Both the position numbers and the translations under genes were made by a program. The notes below the pieces were generated by a model, which worked only from the letters and a program-made list of their open reading frames with translations, was not told the origin of the DNA and ran no database searches. Shown here piece after piece: positions 20,200-30,915 of a DNA stretch of 64,000 nt. Location of the stretch: NCBI GenBank assembly GCA_045659805.1, contig JAZRCR010000094.1:29684-93683 (forward strand), given 5' to 3'. This DNA comes from Acetatifactor sp. (GTDB lineage Bacteria > Bacillota > Clostridia > Lachnospirales > Lachnospiraceae). Every line of letters starts with the position of its first letter. Position 1 is the stretch's first letter.

Positions 20200-21021
20200 C
20201 TATAACATAAACTCAAACAGTTCTTTGGTCACTACCATCTCGGCGTTGGGATGACTCTGCAGGAAGCTTACGGGAGCGGTACGGGTCTCGGGCTCCAGGG
20301 TAGCCTTACGCATGATACCCCACTGCCAAGGGCAGTACAGATATACTTTAAAGGTCTTGGCTTTCAGAAGCTGTTTCATACCCAGAGTGATGCAGCGCTT
20401 AGGGAAAATGTCAAGAGCACCGCGCATCTTGTTGGAACCGTTGTTAGTGATGGTCTCTCTTGCAATGTTCATGCAACGGGTGCTGATGTTTCTGTAGCCC
20501 TCATCGGTAATGTCATCGCCTGCCTCGGGGGGCTCGTTGAATGCAACATGGCCGTTGATGCCCACACCTGTCAGCACGCAGTCAACCTTGCCAAGCTTCT
20601 CGAAGAGTGCATTGATTTCAGCTTCCTTGCCGGGTTCGGGGAAGAGTCTCTGTTCCTTGGGCATTACAAGATCTTCTCTGATCTGGCTGTAGAGCATTTT
20701 GTCCATGATTGCATGGAAACTTAAAGGATTCTCATAGGGGATGGTCTGATCGTCATCGGTCAGGTACTCGTCCATGTTGATGAACCAGCAGTTCTTCAGG
20801 CTCAAGTTAGCCTCATTTACCTTCTTGGCAAAAATAGGATAGTGTCCGATAGGACCAACGGGGCAGATGATAACGGTGGTATCGTCACCGTTTGCCTTGA
20901 TGGTGTCAAACATGATCTGAGCGATCTCTTCGTACATTGCGGGCTCGGAATCCATCACACGGAGAGGGATCTTAGCGTTAGCCATCAGCTCTTCGGGAGA
21001 GCAGTAATAAGTATTGTTCAT
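20200..21021 (-). CDS. NagB/glucosamine-6-phosphate deaminase-isomerase family protein (divergent subgroup)
   Basis: NMDEY, G.G.NGH.AFNEP, P...ITLGM..L; ICPVGP replaces the canonical LATGS. Confidence 0.8.
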   Translation of the reverse strand: MNNTYYCSPEELMANAKIPLRVMDSEPAMYEEIAQIMFDTIKANGDDTTVIICPVGPIGHYPIFAKKVNEANLSLKNCWFINMDEYLTDDDQTIPYENPLSFHAIMDKMLYSQIREDLVMPKEQRLFPEPGKEAEINALFEKLGKVDCVLTGVGINGHVAFNEPPEAGDDITDEGYRNISTRCMNIARETITNNGSNKMRGALDIFPKRCITLGMKQLLKAKTFKVYLYCPWQWGIMRKATLEPETRTAPVSFLQSHPNAEMVVTKELFEFML

Positions 21022-21048
21022 TTTGGAACCTCCTTTAAAGGTGTTTTT

Positions 21049-22224
21049 TTATTTGCGGGTGTTGCCGCCTACGAGGGTCTGAACTACGTTCAGATTCTCG
21101 TCCATCAGACAGAAGTCTGCATACTTGCCTACGGATACGCTTCCGAGAACCTTATCCATGCCGATGACCTTGGCAGGAGTCAGGGAAGCCATTCTGATGG
21201 CGTCAATGAGAGGGATATTGGCATCAAATACCAGGTTATGTACCATCTGGCTTAAGGGCTGGATGCTGCCTGCATAGCGGGTGCCGTCCGGCAGTCGTGC
21301 CACGCCGTCGGATACGATGAACTTCTGGGCATTGGCGTCCTTGTTGGTGCCGAGGGTGTAGAGAGTGCCGTCTGCGGGTTTGCCGCCGGCTCTCAGACAG
21401 TCGGATACAACACACATCTTGTCAGCGCCCTTGCAACGGTATACAAGACGGACCATGTCGGGAGTGATGTGGTGATTGTCTGCGATCAGCTCAACAGAGA
21501 GTCTGTCGTCGATCAGTCCCAGCTCGCACAGACCTACGCTGCGGACACCGTCTCTCATGGCTACTAGGGACATGGCGCACCATAAATGGGTACAATGGGA
21601 AAGACCTGCGTCGATAACGGGCATGATCTTGTCCTTTTCGCCGTCATCGTGGCCGCCGCATACTACGATGCCCTTGGCCTTCAGATCGGCAGTCATCTTG
21701 GCTGCGCCGTCCAGCTCGGGAGCGATGGTTACGGTTTTTACCACGTCGTTGTTGTCAGTGATGAAGGAATAATCATCTCTGGAAGGAACGCGCAGATAAC
21801 TTTCGTGCTGAGCACCCTTATTCTTGTAGGAGATATAGGGTCCTTCGATATGTGCGCCGAGAATACGGCACACAGGGTCTTCCTTCTTCTGGTAAACACG
21901 GGCTACATCCAGCATATCGGTTACCTGATCCACAGGGGCGGTTACCGAGGTGGCAAGCACGGATGTGGTGCCGTAGGTTGCATGGAATTCGCATGCCAGA
22001 TCGAAGGATTCCTCAGTGGCATCCATGAAATCCCCGCCGAAACCGCCGTGGGTGTGGATGTCTACAAAACCGGGACAGACGTATAAGCCGGTGGCATCGA
22101 TCACAGTCTCATCCTCTGTGGGATTGTATTTTCCGATCCCGGCGATCTTCCCGTCTTCAATCTTTACGTCTGTTGCTCGGAGCAACTCGTAAGGTGTTAC
22201 AACATTTCCGTTTTTAATAATCAT
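21049..22224 (-). CDS. nagA: N-acetylhexosamine-6-phosphate deacetylase
   Basis: PGFVDIHTHG..G.DFMD, GTTS, G.HIEGPY, GAQ, TIAPE, THL..AM, IAD.HH, AGS, S.TPA. Confidence 0.9.
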   Translation of the reverse strand: MIIKNGNVVTPYELLRATDVKIEDGKIAGIGKYNPTEDETVIDATGLYVCPGFVDIHTHGGFGGDFMDATEESFDLACEFHATYGTTSVLATSVTAPVDQVTDMLDVARVYQKKEDPVCRILGAHIEGPYISYKNKGAQHESYLRVPSRDDYSFITDNNDVVKTVTIAPELDGAAKMTADLKAKGIVVCGGHDDGEKDKIMPVIDAGLSHCTHLWCAMSLVAMRDGVRSVGLCELGLIDDRLSVELIADNHHITPDMVRLVYRCKGADKMCVVSDCLRAGGKPADGTLYTLGTNKDANAQKFIVSDGVARLPDGTRYAGSIQPLSQMVHNLVFDANIPLIDAIRMASLTPAKVIGMDKVLGSVSVGKYADFCLMDENLNVVQTLVGGNTRK

Positions 22225-22323
22225 GATAGGATACCTCCAGTTAACAAGAATATATCACACCGGATCGTGCGGGGTCAATATGACAGAGTGATAGAAAAAT
22301 ATTACTTTTCGAAACTGACTTTA

Positions 22324-22352
22324 TTGACAGCGACAGAAGCCTATGCTAGTAT
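22324..22352 (+). promoter_or_regulatory. Sigma-A promoter for the AraC gene
   Basis: TTGACA-N17-TAGTAT with extended TG; implies the true start is ATG 22372. Confidence 0.6.
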
Positions 22353-22371
22353 GAAAAAAAGGAGAGAGCAT

Positions 22372-23199
22372 ATGTTGAAGAAGCGATCCATCGGAGAACT
22401 ATATAGTGCGGATTATTCCGTAACAGTGATCAATGCGGCAAAGAGCTATTGGAGGACCCAGAATTCTTTTTCCTGTATCGGTTTGCCCAAGGACAGGAAT
22501 ATGCTTTTGTATCTGGACGGCTGCCGGGCGGAGTATACCATGAAGGACGGCAGTAAGCTGTATGCCGAGGCGGGTGACATCGTCTATACCCCCATCAACT
22601 GTGAATATTCGGTGTGCTTTTTGGATTTTGCGGATCAGAACAGCAACACCGTCGGTGTGAATTTTTACCTGTATGATAAGAATTCGAACCCTTTTGTCCT
22701 GACGGACCGGATCCGGATCTTTTCCACCAAAGATACCAATTATAAGGTGCTTTTTTCCAAGATAGACAGCTACAGCGAGGCGGCGGTGCCCTGCTATGCC
22801 AAGATGAAGGCGGCAATGTATGATATTCTGGGCAATCTCAGTGCCCACTACCGCAACAAGAAGATCCGTGAGAAAAAGTACAGTATCATCTCCAAAGGTA
22901 TCGATTATCTGGAGAGTGATACGGAGCAGGAGCTTTCCATCAGCGAGATTGCTGCCATGTGCAATGTGAGTGAGGTATATTTCCGCAAGCTTTTCAAGCA
23001 GTACTCCGGGGTCTCCCCTGTGGAATACAAGATCAACATCAAGATCGAGCGGGCCAAGCAGTATCTGCAGTTTGAGGAGCTCTCCATCAAGGAGATCGCA
23101 GACAGACTGTCCTTTACCGACACCACCTATTTTGTAAAGCAATTTAAAAAGAACTGCGGCATGACGCCGCTGCAATATAAGAAGCACAGTAACATGTGA
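22372..23199 (+). CDS. AraC family transcriptional regulator
   Basis: C-terminal IA..CNVSEVYFRKLFK...G.SP..Y, SIKEIA..L.F.D..YF.K.FKK..GMTP..Y. Confidence 0.9.
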   Translation: MLKKRSIGELYSADYSVTVINAAKSYWRTQNSFSCIGLPKDRNMLLYLDGCRAEYTMKDGSKLYAEAGDIVYTPINCEYSVCFLDFADQNSNTVGVNFYLYDKNSNPFVLTDRIRIFSTKDTNYKVLFSKIDSYSEAAVPCYAKMKAAMYDILGNLSAHYRNKKIREKKYSIISKGIDYLESDTEQELSISEIAAMCNVSEVYFRKLFKQYSGVSPVEYKINIKIERAKQYLQFEELSIKEIADRLSFTDTTYFVKQFKKNCGMTPLQYKKHSNM

Positions 23200-23220
23200 C
23201 AAGAGAAAGGGATTAACGGT

Positions 23221-25527
23221 ATGACTTTTAGAAACTTTGTAAGTGCATCCGGGCAATATTGTGAACTGGAAAAGTGGGAGCCGGCACCTTATATCCGCAA
23301 GAGCTTTCAGGTGACATTCCCGCCCCGCAAGGCGGAGCTTTCCGTATCTACGGCAGGCTTTTATGAGTTGTTTGTGAACGGTAAGAAGATTACAAAGGGA
23401 GAGATGGCTCCTTACATCAACAATCCTGATCAGATCTGTTACTATGACACCTATGATGTGTCAGAGTTTTTGACAGAAGGGGAAAATGTAGTGGGTGTTA
23501 TCCTGGGTAACGGTTTTGCCAACCAGTGTATCGATGCCTGGGAATTCTCCAAAGCTGCTTTCCGTGCGCCTCTGTGCGTGGCAGTGAAGCTGACTGTTTC
23601 CGACGGAGAAAACAAACTTCTGGTGGAGACCGACGAGACTTTTAAGGGACATCCTTCACCGGTTCTCTTTGATATGTACCGTTACGGAATGCACTATGAC
23701 GCAACAAAGGAGCAGGAGGGCTGGTGCAGTCCCGGTTTTGACGACAGCAGCTGGGAAAACGTACATATCGTGGAAGCTCCCAAGGGAGTGAAGCGTCTCT
23801 GTGAGACTCAGCCTGTGAAGGTACAGTATGAAGTGAAGCCTGTCTCCATAGAAAAGCAGGAAGATTTTTATTATCTCCACCGTTCCACCGCAGATGATTC
23901 CGAGCCTATGAAGGATACTTATGTGAAGAAAGGCTGGGTGTATGATTTCGGCGCCAGCCACTCCGGCGTATGCCGGCTGAAGATCAGGGGCGAGAGGGGG
24001 CAGAAGATCACACTGCGTCACTGTGAGGCACTGCGCTGCGGTAAGTTTAACTTTAATTCCATTTATACCTTTAAGGAAGATTATCACAAATATATGCACC
24101 TGTTCCAGACAGATTCCTACATCCTCAAAGGCGGCGGGGAGGAGATTTTCACACCGTTCTTTACCTACCACGGCTTCCGGTATGTGCTGGTGGAGGGGAT
24201 TACTGAGGAGCAGGCTGCGGATGAACTGCTTACTTTTGTGGTATTCAATTCCGATATTGTCAAAAGAGGACAGTTTAGCTGTTCCGACGGGATACTGAAT
24301 AAACTGTATGATATGGGAATCAATGCGGTCCGGTCCAACTTTATGTATTTCCCCACGGACTGCCCTCACAGAGAGAAGAACGGATGGACCGGAGACGTCT
24401 CCGTGTCCGCCCAGCATATTATGCAGAACTTTGACTGCAGCGAGAGTTTCCGGGTGTGGATGGAGAATATTCGCTATACACAGCTCCCGAGCGGAATGAT
24501 TCCGGCTATCGTGCCCACCACAGGCTGGGGTTATCACTGGGGCAACGGTCCTACCTGGGACAGCGTGATCGTGAATCTGCCTTATTATGCCCTGAAATAT
24601 GACGGCAGGATCGATCTGTTTGAAGAAAATGCAGATATGATCTACAAATATCTGATCTATATTGCGGGACGCAGGGATGAGAGAGGCCTTGTAAACTGCG
24701 GTCTGGGCGACTGGAGTCAGCCTAATCCTGAGAGCGTGAGACTGGAATCTCTGGATCTCACCGAGAGTTGTATGGTCCTTGACATGGCAGAAAAGAGCAG
24801 TCTGATGTTTGAGCGCATCGGCCGGATCAAAGAATCGAAATATACCAGTGAGCTGGCTGAGGAAATGAGGAACGCCATCCGGGAAAATCTGGTGAACTGG
24901 GAGACCATGGCGGTGAAGGGAAAATGTCAGACAGTGCAGGCTCTGGCTCTGGCCATGGGAATTTTTGATGAGGAAGAATACGCAGGGGCATATGCGAGAC
25001 TGATCCAAATGATTGAGGAGAAAGACAGACACTCCTACTGCGGTATGCTGGGAGTCCGTTATATTTTCCATGTACTGTTTGCTAACGGAGACGGCAGCCT
25101 TGCCTATGAGATGATTACGAAAGAGACGGAGCCTTCTTACGCCAGCATGATAAAGAGAGGCGGCACCGCGCTGTTTGAAAGCCTGTGCGCCAACGGTGTG
25201 CAGGAGTCCCAGAATCACCACTTCCTGGGGGATATCCTGAATCTGTTCATCACCAGCATGGCCGGTCTGGTAATCAATCCTTACATGGATGACAAGGACG
25301 AGATCCTGGTGGCACCTTATCTGATCGACGAGCTGGACCACGCAGAAGCTTCCTTCGTCTCTGATAAGGGCGAGATCCGTGTGGCATGGAAGAAAGAAAC
25401 TGACAAAGTGTGCATTGAGGTACTGGTTCCGGAGGGTGTACATGGCACCCTGGTATGGCAGGATGAGGAGTATCAGCTCGGTCGTGGTGTGAGCACATAT
25501 AGGCTGAATCGAAAAGTACCATTTTAG
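23221..25527 (+). CDS. Alpha-L-rhamnosidase, glycoside hydrolase family 78
   Basis: APY.RK.F, G.YEL..NG, VYDFG, F.P.FTYHGFRYV, PTDCPHREKNGWTGD, GLGDW, T.LFE, SQNH..LG; no signal peptide. Confidence 0.9.
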   Translation: MTFRNFVSASGQYCELEKWEPAPYIRKSFQVTFPPRKAELSVSTAGFYELFVNGKKITKGEMAPYINNPDQICYYDTYDVSEFLTEGENVVGVILGNGFANQCIDAWEFSKAAFRAPLCVAVKLTVSDGENKLLVETDETFKGHPSPVLFDMYRYGMHYDATKEQEGWCSPGFDDSSWENVHIVEAPKGVKRLCETQPVKVQYEVKPVSIEKQEDFYYLHRSTADDSEPMKDTYVKKGWVYDFGASHSGVCRLKIRGERGQKITLRHCEALRCGKFNFNSIYTFKEDYHKYMHLFQTDSYILKGGGEEIFTPFFTYHGFRYVLVEGITEEQAADELLTFVVFNSDIVKRGQFSCSDGILNKLYDMGINAVRSNFMYFPTDCPHREKNGWTGDVSVSAQHIMQNFDCSESFRVWMENIRYTQLPSGMIPAIVPTTGWGYHWGNGPTWDSVIVNLPYYALKYDGRIDLFEENADMIYKYLIYIAGRRDERGLVNCGLGDWSQPNPESVRLESLDLTESCMVLDMAEKSSLMFERIGRIKESKYTSELAEEMRNAIRENLVNWETMAVKGKCQTVQALALAMGIFDEEEYAGAYARLIQMIEEKDRHSYCGMLGVRYIFHVLFANGDGSLAYEMITKETEPSYASMIKRGGTALFESLCANGVQESQNHHFLGDILNLFITSMAGLVINPYMDDKDEILVAPYLIDELDHAEASFVSDKGEIRVAWKKETDKVCIEVLVPEGVHGTLVWQDEEYQLGRGVSTYRLNRKVPF

Positions 25528-25647
25528 GATTGGTAAGACCATTGCTTTTTCTGTGATATACTGGTATATGTTAAAGTGTAAGGAAAAGGATTTGCCAAAG
25601 AGCGGATCTTTGGCAGATAACTATAAGAAAGGAACGGTAATCATAAA

Positions 25648-26724
25648 ATGAGCGAGAAGAAAAGAATAGGTATTATCGGATGGGGTTGGGTTGCACAGAA
25701 CAACCACTGGAAAGACGGATATGCACTGATCCCCGAAATGGCAGAGATCACTGCTGTATGCGATATCAGCGATGCAGCGCTGGCTAAGGCGAAAGAGATG
25801 CTGGGTCTGAAGGATGAGCAGCTGTTCAAGGACTACAGAGACGTGCTGGCAAGCGGAACAGTAGATGCCATCGACATCTGTACTCCCAACGATGTACACT
25901 GCGAGATCGCACATGCAGCAATCGATGCAGGTATCCCCTTTGCAATTGAGAAGCCCATCGGACTGAACTATGATGAGGCAGTAAAGCTGGCTGAGCATGT
26001 AAAAGAGAGCGGAATCAAGTCCTTCACATGCTTTACCTGGAGATACAGACCTTATACCAGATACGTGCGTGATCTGATCAAGAACGGCAATTTGGGTAAG
26101 ATTTATCACATTTATATTTCCTGTATCAAGGACAGCGGTCTTTGGAAGGGCAGAAGACTTGAGTGGCGTTTTGACGCTGCCAAGGGAGGTACCGGTGTTC
26201 TGGGCGATCTGGGATCCCACATGATCGACATCACCCGTTTCTGGGGTGAGGAGTTTGATGGCGTATTCGCTGACTGGGGAACCTATATCACCGAGCGTCA
26301 GAAGGTTGACAGCGACGAGTGGGCAGAAGTTACCACCGATGACTGGACCAACATCATGGCAAGGACCAAGAGCGGCATCCCTGTGACCATTGCACTGACC
26401 CGCTGCGCTACCACCGTTGGTAACCTGATTGCCTTCGACGTATACGGCGAGAAGGGACATCTGAAATACACCTTCGACGATGACGGACAGAAGATCGATC
26501 TGTGCCTGGGCGACATTGACATGGAAGGAAAGGGTACACACACTGTTATTCCTCCCGCACGTTACGCTGCTAACCAGTCCAAGTCTTTCGTTGACCTGCT
26601 TAACGACCAGAAGGACGAGTACACATCTGAGCTGATCCAGGGTATGGAGTGCCAGAAAGTTCTGGAAGCTGCAGAGATTTCCGCAAGGGAAGGCCGCTAT
26701 GTGAAGATCGATGAAATCGGCTAA
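25648..26724 (+). CDS. Gfo/Idh/MocA family NAD(P)-dependent oxidoreductase
   Basis: IGIIGWG, VDA.DICTPN..H, IEKP, GG.GVLGDLGSHMID. Confidence 0.9.
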   Translation: MSEKKRIGIIGWGWVAQNNHWKDGYALIPEMAEITAVCDISDAALAKAKEMLGLKDEQLFKDYRDVLASGTVDAIDICTPNDVHCEIAHAAIDAGIPFAIEKPIGLNYDEAVKLAEHVKESGIKSFTCFTWRYRPYTRYVRDLIKNGNLGKIYHIYISCIKDSGLWKGRRLEWRFDAAKGGTGVLGDLGSHMIDITRFWGEEFDGVFADWGTYITERQKVDSDEWAEVTTDDWTNIMARTKSGIPVTIALTRCATTVGNLIAFDVYGEKGHLKYTFDDDGQKIDLCLGDIDMEGKGTHTVIPPARYAANQSKSFVDLLNDQKDEYTSELIQGMECQKVLEAAEISAREGRYVKIDEIG

Positions 26725-26745
26725 TTCATAAAGGAGCTACATAGT

Positions 26746-27579
26746 ATGAAGAAGATTGGTATTATTGATTATTATCTTGATAATTTCCACGCCAATAACT
26801 ATCCTGAAATGATCAGGAAAGAGACGAACGGCGAGATGGAGATCTGCTATGCCTGGGGTGAGATCGGCAAAGACGGCGGTCTGACCAACGAGGAGTGGGC
26901 AGAGAAGATGGGCATTGAACTGCTTCCCACTATCGAGGATGTGATCGAGAAGAGTGATTACCTCATGGTTCTGGTACCCAACAATCCGGAGCTTCATGAG
27001 AGACTGACCGATCTGGCGCTGAAGTCCGGCAAGCTTACCTACGTTGACAAGACCTTTGCGCCCTCCAAGGCGGCTGCAGAGAGAATGTTTGCCAACGCAG
27101 AAGCCCACAACACTCCTTTTTATTCCACCTCAGCTCTTCGTTTCAGCGACGAAGTGCAGAGTATTGACAAGGAGAAGATCCACACCATTTACAGCCGCGG
27201 CGGCGGTACTTACCATATGTATTCGATCCATCAGATCGAGCCGATCGTAGTATTGCTGGGTGCGGAACCCAAGAGAGTGATGTTTACCGGAGCTGACGAG
27301 GAACATCCTGCCATGATCGTCGAGTTCAAGAGCGGTAAGAGAGCTCATATGTATCAGGCTGACTGGCCGGCATTTGAGATCGTCACCGTGGATGAGAACA
27401 ACAAGTATGAAGCGAAAGAAGTAACATCAGATTTCTTTGCAAACTTCATCAAAGAAGTTGTTCAGTTCTTCAACACCGGTGTGGTACCCGTGAAGAAGGA
27501 AGAGACTATTGCCGTAGCTGCTATCAGAGAGGCAGGATTCAAAGCAATGAAGACACCTTTCGAGTGGGTAGAAGTATAA
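26746..27579 (+). CDS. Short Gfo/Idh/MocA-like oxidoreductase
   Basis: KIGIID..LD.FHA, P..P..H, G..TYVDKTFAP, S.SALRF, Y.IH.IE. Confidence 0.75.
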   Translation: MKKIGIIDYYLDNFHANNYPEMIRKETNGEMEICYAWGEIGKDGGLTNEEWAEKMGIELLPTIEDVIEKSDYLMVLVPNNPELHERLTDLALKSGKLTYVDKTFAPSKAAAERMFANAEAHNTPFYSTSALRFSDEVQSIDKEKIHTIYSRGGGTYHMYSIHQIEPIVVLLGAEPKRVMFTGADEEHPAMIVEFKSGKRAHMYQADWPAFEIVTVDENNKYEAKEVTSDFFANFIKEVVQFFNTGVVPVKKEETIAVAAIREAGFKAMKTPFEWVEV

Positions 27580-27598
27580 GAATTCAATAAGCATACAT

Positions 27599-27640
27599 AA
27601 GACAACCTGCTGTGCCAATAGGGTATGGCAGGTTGTTTTT
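27599..27640 (+). terminator. Intrinsic terminator
   Basis: ACAACCTGCTGTGCC/GGTATGGCAGGTTGT followed by T-run. Confidence 0.8.
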
Positions 27641-27804
27641 GTTCTTTTTGTTATGGTATTGTTATTATTGGTTATTATTAGTTGTTTTTGGCGCCAAAAT
27701 CGTAACAATACATTTACTTTTCGACCCAAATGTAGTAGTATAGTATCCAAAGCTCAGAGAGCTCTGCGGCGAATAGGAAAAGGCGGCAGGGAAGGGATGA
27801 GAGG

Positions 27805-28980
27805 ATGGAGAAGGAATTAAGAGGCTTGTGTGAACGCCTTCAGATTAAGTTCAGGAAAGAGCTGATTCCTTATTATGAAGAGGGAGTAAAGCTTTTCGAT
27901 CAGTTGGGATATTATATTGTGGATAAGGACAGACTGATCAGACTGAATAACGAATATAATATTTTCAGAAGATGGTTTGATGATGTGCAGGCAGCGGCGG
28001 ACATGGTCAGGGAAGACAGAGATCTGATGTTACATACTTATACCCTGCTGTCCATCATAAAGGCCAATGCAGACATCTTTCTGCTGGAACTTCCGGACAG
28101 AGAGAGACTGGATACCGACTTCGCTCCTTTGTTTGCACTGCTCTATTTCCTGGAGGATATGATCGGAGATATGGAGAAGCGAGGTGTGCCCCATGATGTG
28201 ATCTCCGATACACTGAACGGTTTTGACACAGAGATGACTGATTATTACGATAAACGGGGAAGAAGCGGTATGCGCAGCCATACCTGGTGGTTCCTGCTCT
28301 GGGTAAGAAATGAAATCCTGCGCGTTGGGCGATTACAGTTCCAGTTCAGGAAACTTCCGGATAAGGTCAGCGTTTACAGAAAAGGCGATGATGTGAAGAT
28401 CCTGATCGATGGAGATGACATGCATGAAAAGGGTATGCGCTTCGGTACCATCGGACAGGATGACGAAGCAGGCAGATTTTATGCGGCCATCGAGGAAGAG
28501 GATGGCAAAGTCACCGGTTACGGCGTCAATGAGTTCGGTGAGTGCGTGAAGGAGAAGATCACACTCGTTGGATATGAGAAAGTTGTGGGATTCGGGGATA
28601 ACGTTATCGCCGTTCATATTCCTTCTCATGAGCCCTTTTCACCGGAAATCTGTGAGGAATCCTATGAAAGGGCAATAGAGATCTTAAAAACCTGCTATCC
28701 GGATTATGAATACAAAGCAATAATCTGTATTTCCTGGATGATGGAAAAGCGCCTGAGACAGATCATGGGACGAGACACCAATATCACACGGTTTGCTGAT
28801 AGGTACATGATATATCCCAGAGACTCTATGGGAGAAGGTGTCTACTCCTGCTTATACCAGCTGCCTGTACCTGTGCCGCCTCAGGAGCTTCGTGAGGACA
28901 ACTCCATGCAGAGGGCTGTGAAAGAGTATTTGTGTAACGGCAATTATTTCTACGAAAAGGGCGGAATCTTTCTTGTGTGA
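27805..28980 (+). CDS. N-acyltransferase (NAT_N + GNAT_C type, Orf11*/Dbv8-like fold)
   Basis: R.GRLQF, VHIP....S.E.C.ESY..A, C.SW.M...L......NI..F, L.E..S.QR. Confidence 0.7.
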   Translation: MEKELRGLCERLQIKFRKELIPYYEEGVKLFDQLGYYIVDKDRLIRLNNEYNIFRRWFDDVQAAADMVREDRDLMLHTYTLLSIIKANADIFLLELPDRERLDTDFAPLFALLYFLEDMIGDMEKRGVPHDVISDTLNGFDTEMTDYYDKRGRSGMRSHTWWFLLWVRNEILRVGRLQFQFRKLPDKVSVYRKGDDVKILIDGDDMHEKGMRFGTIGQDDEAGRFYAAIEEEDGKVTGYGVNEFGECVKEKITLVGYEKVVGFGDNVIAVHIPSHEPFSPEICEESYERAIEILKTCYPDYEYKAIICISWMMEKRLRQIMGRDTNITRFADRYMIYPRDSMGEGVYSCLYQLPVPVPPQELREDNSMQRAVKEYLCNGNYFYEKGGIFLV

Positions 28981-29034
28981 TGATCCATGTATTGGCTGGT
29001 TGTGAGCAAAAATAAACCTATATAGAGGTGAAGC

Positions 29035-30915
29035 GTGTTTAAAAGGAGAAAAAGTTATTTTTATAAATCTTTCATACGTTTTTTGAAGATGCTCAGTGTG
29101 CCGTTGCTTGTGATCCTTTTGATCTTCGGGTATGCGGACGGTGTGGTCCGCGACCAGATCCTGAGATCTGCATCCGAATCGCTGAATAACAGTGCAAAGC
29201 GGTTTGATGCGACAATTGAGGAGATGCGGGATGCCTGTTTTAACATCATGTCCAGGAAAGAATGCCGCAGATATGTAACATATGCGGTCAACATGCCTGA
29301 GGAGACTTATGAGGTGGCCGCAGATCTGACTAAGCTGCTGAGAGAGTATGCTCAGGAGAAGTACTATGATGTCTTCGTTTATTATTACGGAGATAACAAG
29401 ATCATTTCCGGTAAAAATTCATCTCTGGAAGCAGAATATTACTATGATGCATATTATGCCAATGCAGCCGGAGCGGAGTTTAAAGATGAATTTTTGGATG
29501 TAATTAAATGTGGTTCTACGAAACCTCACTGGTACGTGATGGACGGCAGCGGGCAAACGCCTTATTTGTGTGTGGCCATGAGTGTTGAGGGTCGGGAGGA
29601 AAGCAGTGACAACCACACAATCTGTCTGGTGCTGCAGCCGGATCATCTGAAAAATCTGCTGACTGTGGACGGTATGGAGGCAAACGGTACGCTCATAGTG
29701 TACGATCAGGATAGAGAACTTTTGGTTGCCGGCGACAGACAGATCTCAGAGGAGGGTCATACTGTCTGTATACAGAAAGCACAGAGTATGGAAGGCTATT
29801 ATGGCTATGCAGCGTTGGAAGGAGTCTTTTGGCGGGTGCTTGTGCGTCTGCGTATCTATTGTATCATTGGTATCATTCTCAGTATTCTGATCGGCATTGT
29901 GATGGCGTACCGCAGTACGGTGAAGTCGTACCGTCCTGTGAGTGATCTGGTTGATTTTTTGAAGGAAAAGTACGGTGTGGCGTTCGATCGGAAGAATGAG
30001 ACGGAATTCGGCTATATCATGTCTTTTCTGCAGAGCAATGAACGAAAGCGTAAAGAGGATGAAAATCTCCGCAGGGAGTGGTTTCTTGTGAAGATTTTAG
30101 AGGGAAAATCCGATCTGGCCGGAAAAGACAGAGAGTATTTTGCCCGCAACGGTATGGATCTTGTGGGAGATAATTACTGTGTATGCATTGTAGATGCGCA
30201 GCTTTTCAGGGATGATGAGGATGAGTTGAACAGCTTTGTGATCCGCAATATTTTCCAGGAGCTTTTGGGTCGGGGAGGGACCGGTTATGCGGTTTCCGTG
30301 GATAAGAACCGCCATGTATTTGTGGCGGAGCTGACTGGTGACAGGGAGAGCTTTCAGGAGATCATCCGGGAAGGCGAACTTTTCCTGAAAGAGCATTATC
30401 AGGCTCAGGTTACTGTTGGTTACAGCGAAATTCATGACGATATCCTGGAGATACAGGAGGCTTATCAGGAGGCAAAAGAAGATATCAGCAGTGTGAATGC
30501 TGTGCTGCAGGAAGGGGAAAAGGCTGACATCAATGAGGACGTCGTGAGCAGGGCCAGAAGGTACATAGAAGACTATTACAACAATCCTCAGCTGTCTGTG
30601 AATATGCTGGGAGAAAAAATGAAGATACAGGGTGCGTATCTGTCCAGACTTTTCAGGGAGAGGTACGAGATATCCATTCTTGACTATGTGGCATCCGTCA
30701 GGATCAACCGTGCAAAGCAGATTATTGCCGGGGGAGAATTTTCTGTTCAGGAGATCGCAGAACAGGTTGGATTCCTAAGTAGTCATGTATTTATCAGGAC
30801 CTTTAAGAAAAAAGAGGGAATTACACCGGGTAAATATAAAGAATTGTTAGGAGATCACAAAGAGGAACAAAATGGATTGGAAGCGATTGCTGGAGATCAT
30901 CGACAGGAGATTTGA
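29035..30915 (+). CDS. Membrane-bound AraC regulator with extracellular sensor (YesS-like)
   Basis: Two TM segments flank an extracellular domain; C-terminal AraC HTH YLSRLF, RIN.AK, IAEQVGF.S...FIR.FKK.EGITPG.Y. Confidence 0.85.
   Translation: MFKRRKSYFYKSFIRFLKMLSVPLLVILLIFGYADGVVRDQILRSASESLNNSAKRFDATIEEMRDACFNIMSRKECRRYVTYAVNMPEETYEVAADLTKLLREYAQEKYYDVFVYYYGDNKIISGKNSSLEAEYYYDAYYANAAGAEFKDEFLDVIKCGSTKPHWYVMDGSGQTPYLCVAMSVEGREESSDNHTICLVLQPDHLKNLLTVDGMEANGTLIVYDQDRELLVAGDRQISEEGHTVCIQKAQSMEGYYGYAALEGVFWRVLVRLRIYCIIGIILSILIGIVMAYRSTVKSYRPVSDLVDFLKEKYGVAFDRKNETEFGYIMSFLQSNERKRKEDENLRREWFLVKILEGKSDLAGKDREYFARNGMDLVGDNYCVCIVDAQLFRDDEDELNSFVIRNIFQELLGRGGTGYAVSVDKNRHVFVAELTGDRESFQEIIREGELFLKEHYQAQVTVGYSEIHDDILEIQEAYQEAKEDISSVNAVLQEGEKADINEDVVSRARRYIEDYYNNPQLSVNMLGEKMKIQGAYLSRLFRERYEISILDYVASVRINRAKQIIAGGEFSVQEIAEQVGFLSSHVFIRTFKKKEGITPGKYKELLGDHKEEQNGLEAIAGDHRQEI

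Noticed and set aside
23656-25542. 628-aa minus-strand ORF (likewise 37804-39243 +, 47466-49253 -, 39098-40168 -, 25621-26541 -)
   Set aside because: Antisense shadows of well-supported genes; no recognisable motifs; expected from codon bias
27641-27690. GTTATT-like low-complexity repeats
   Set aside because: Short, degenerate and AT-rich; no distinct unit or supportable function
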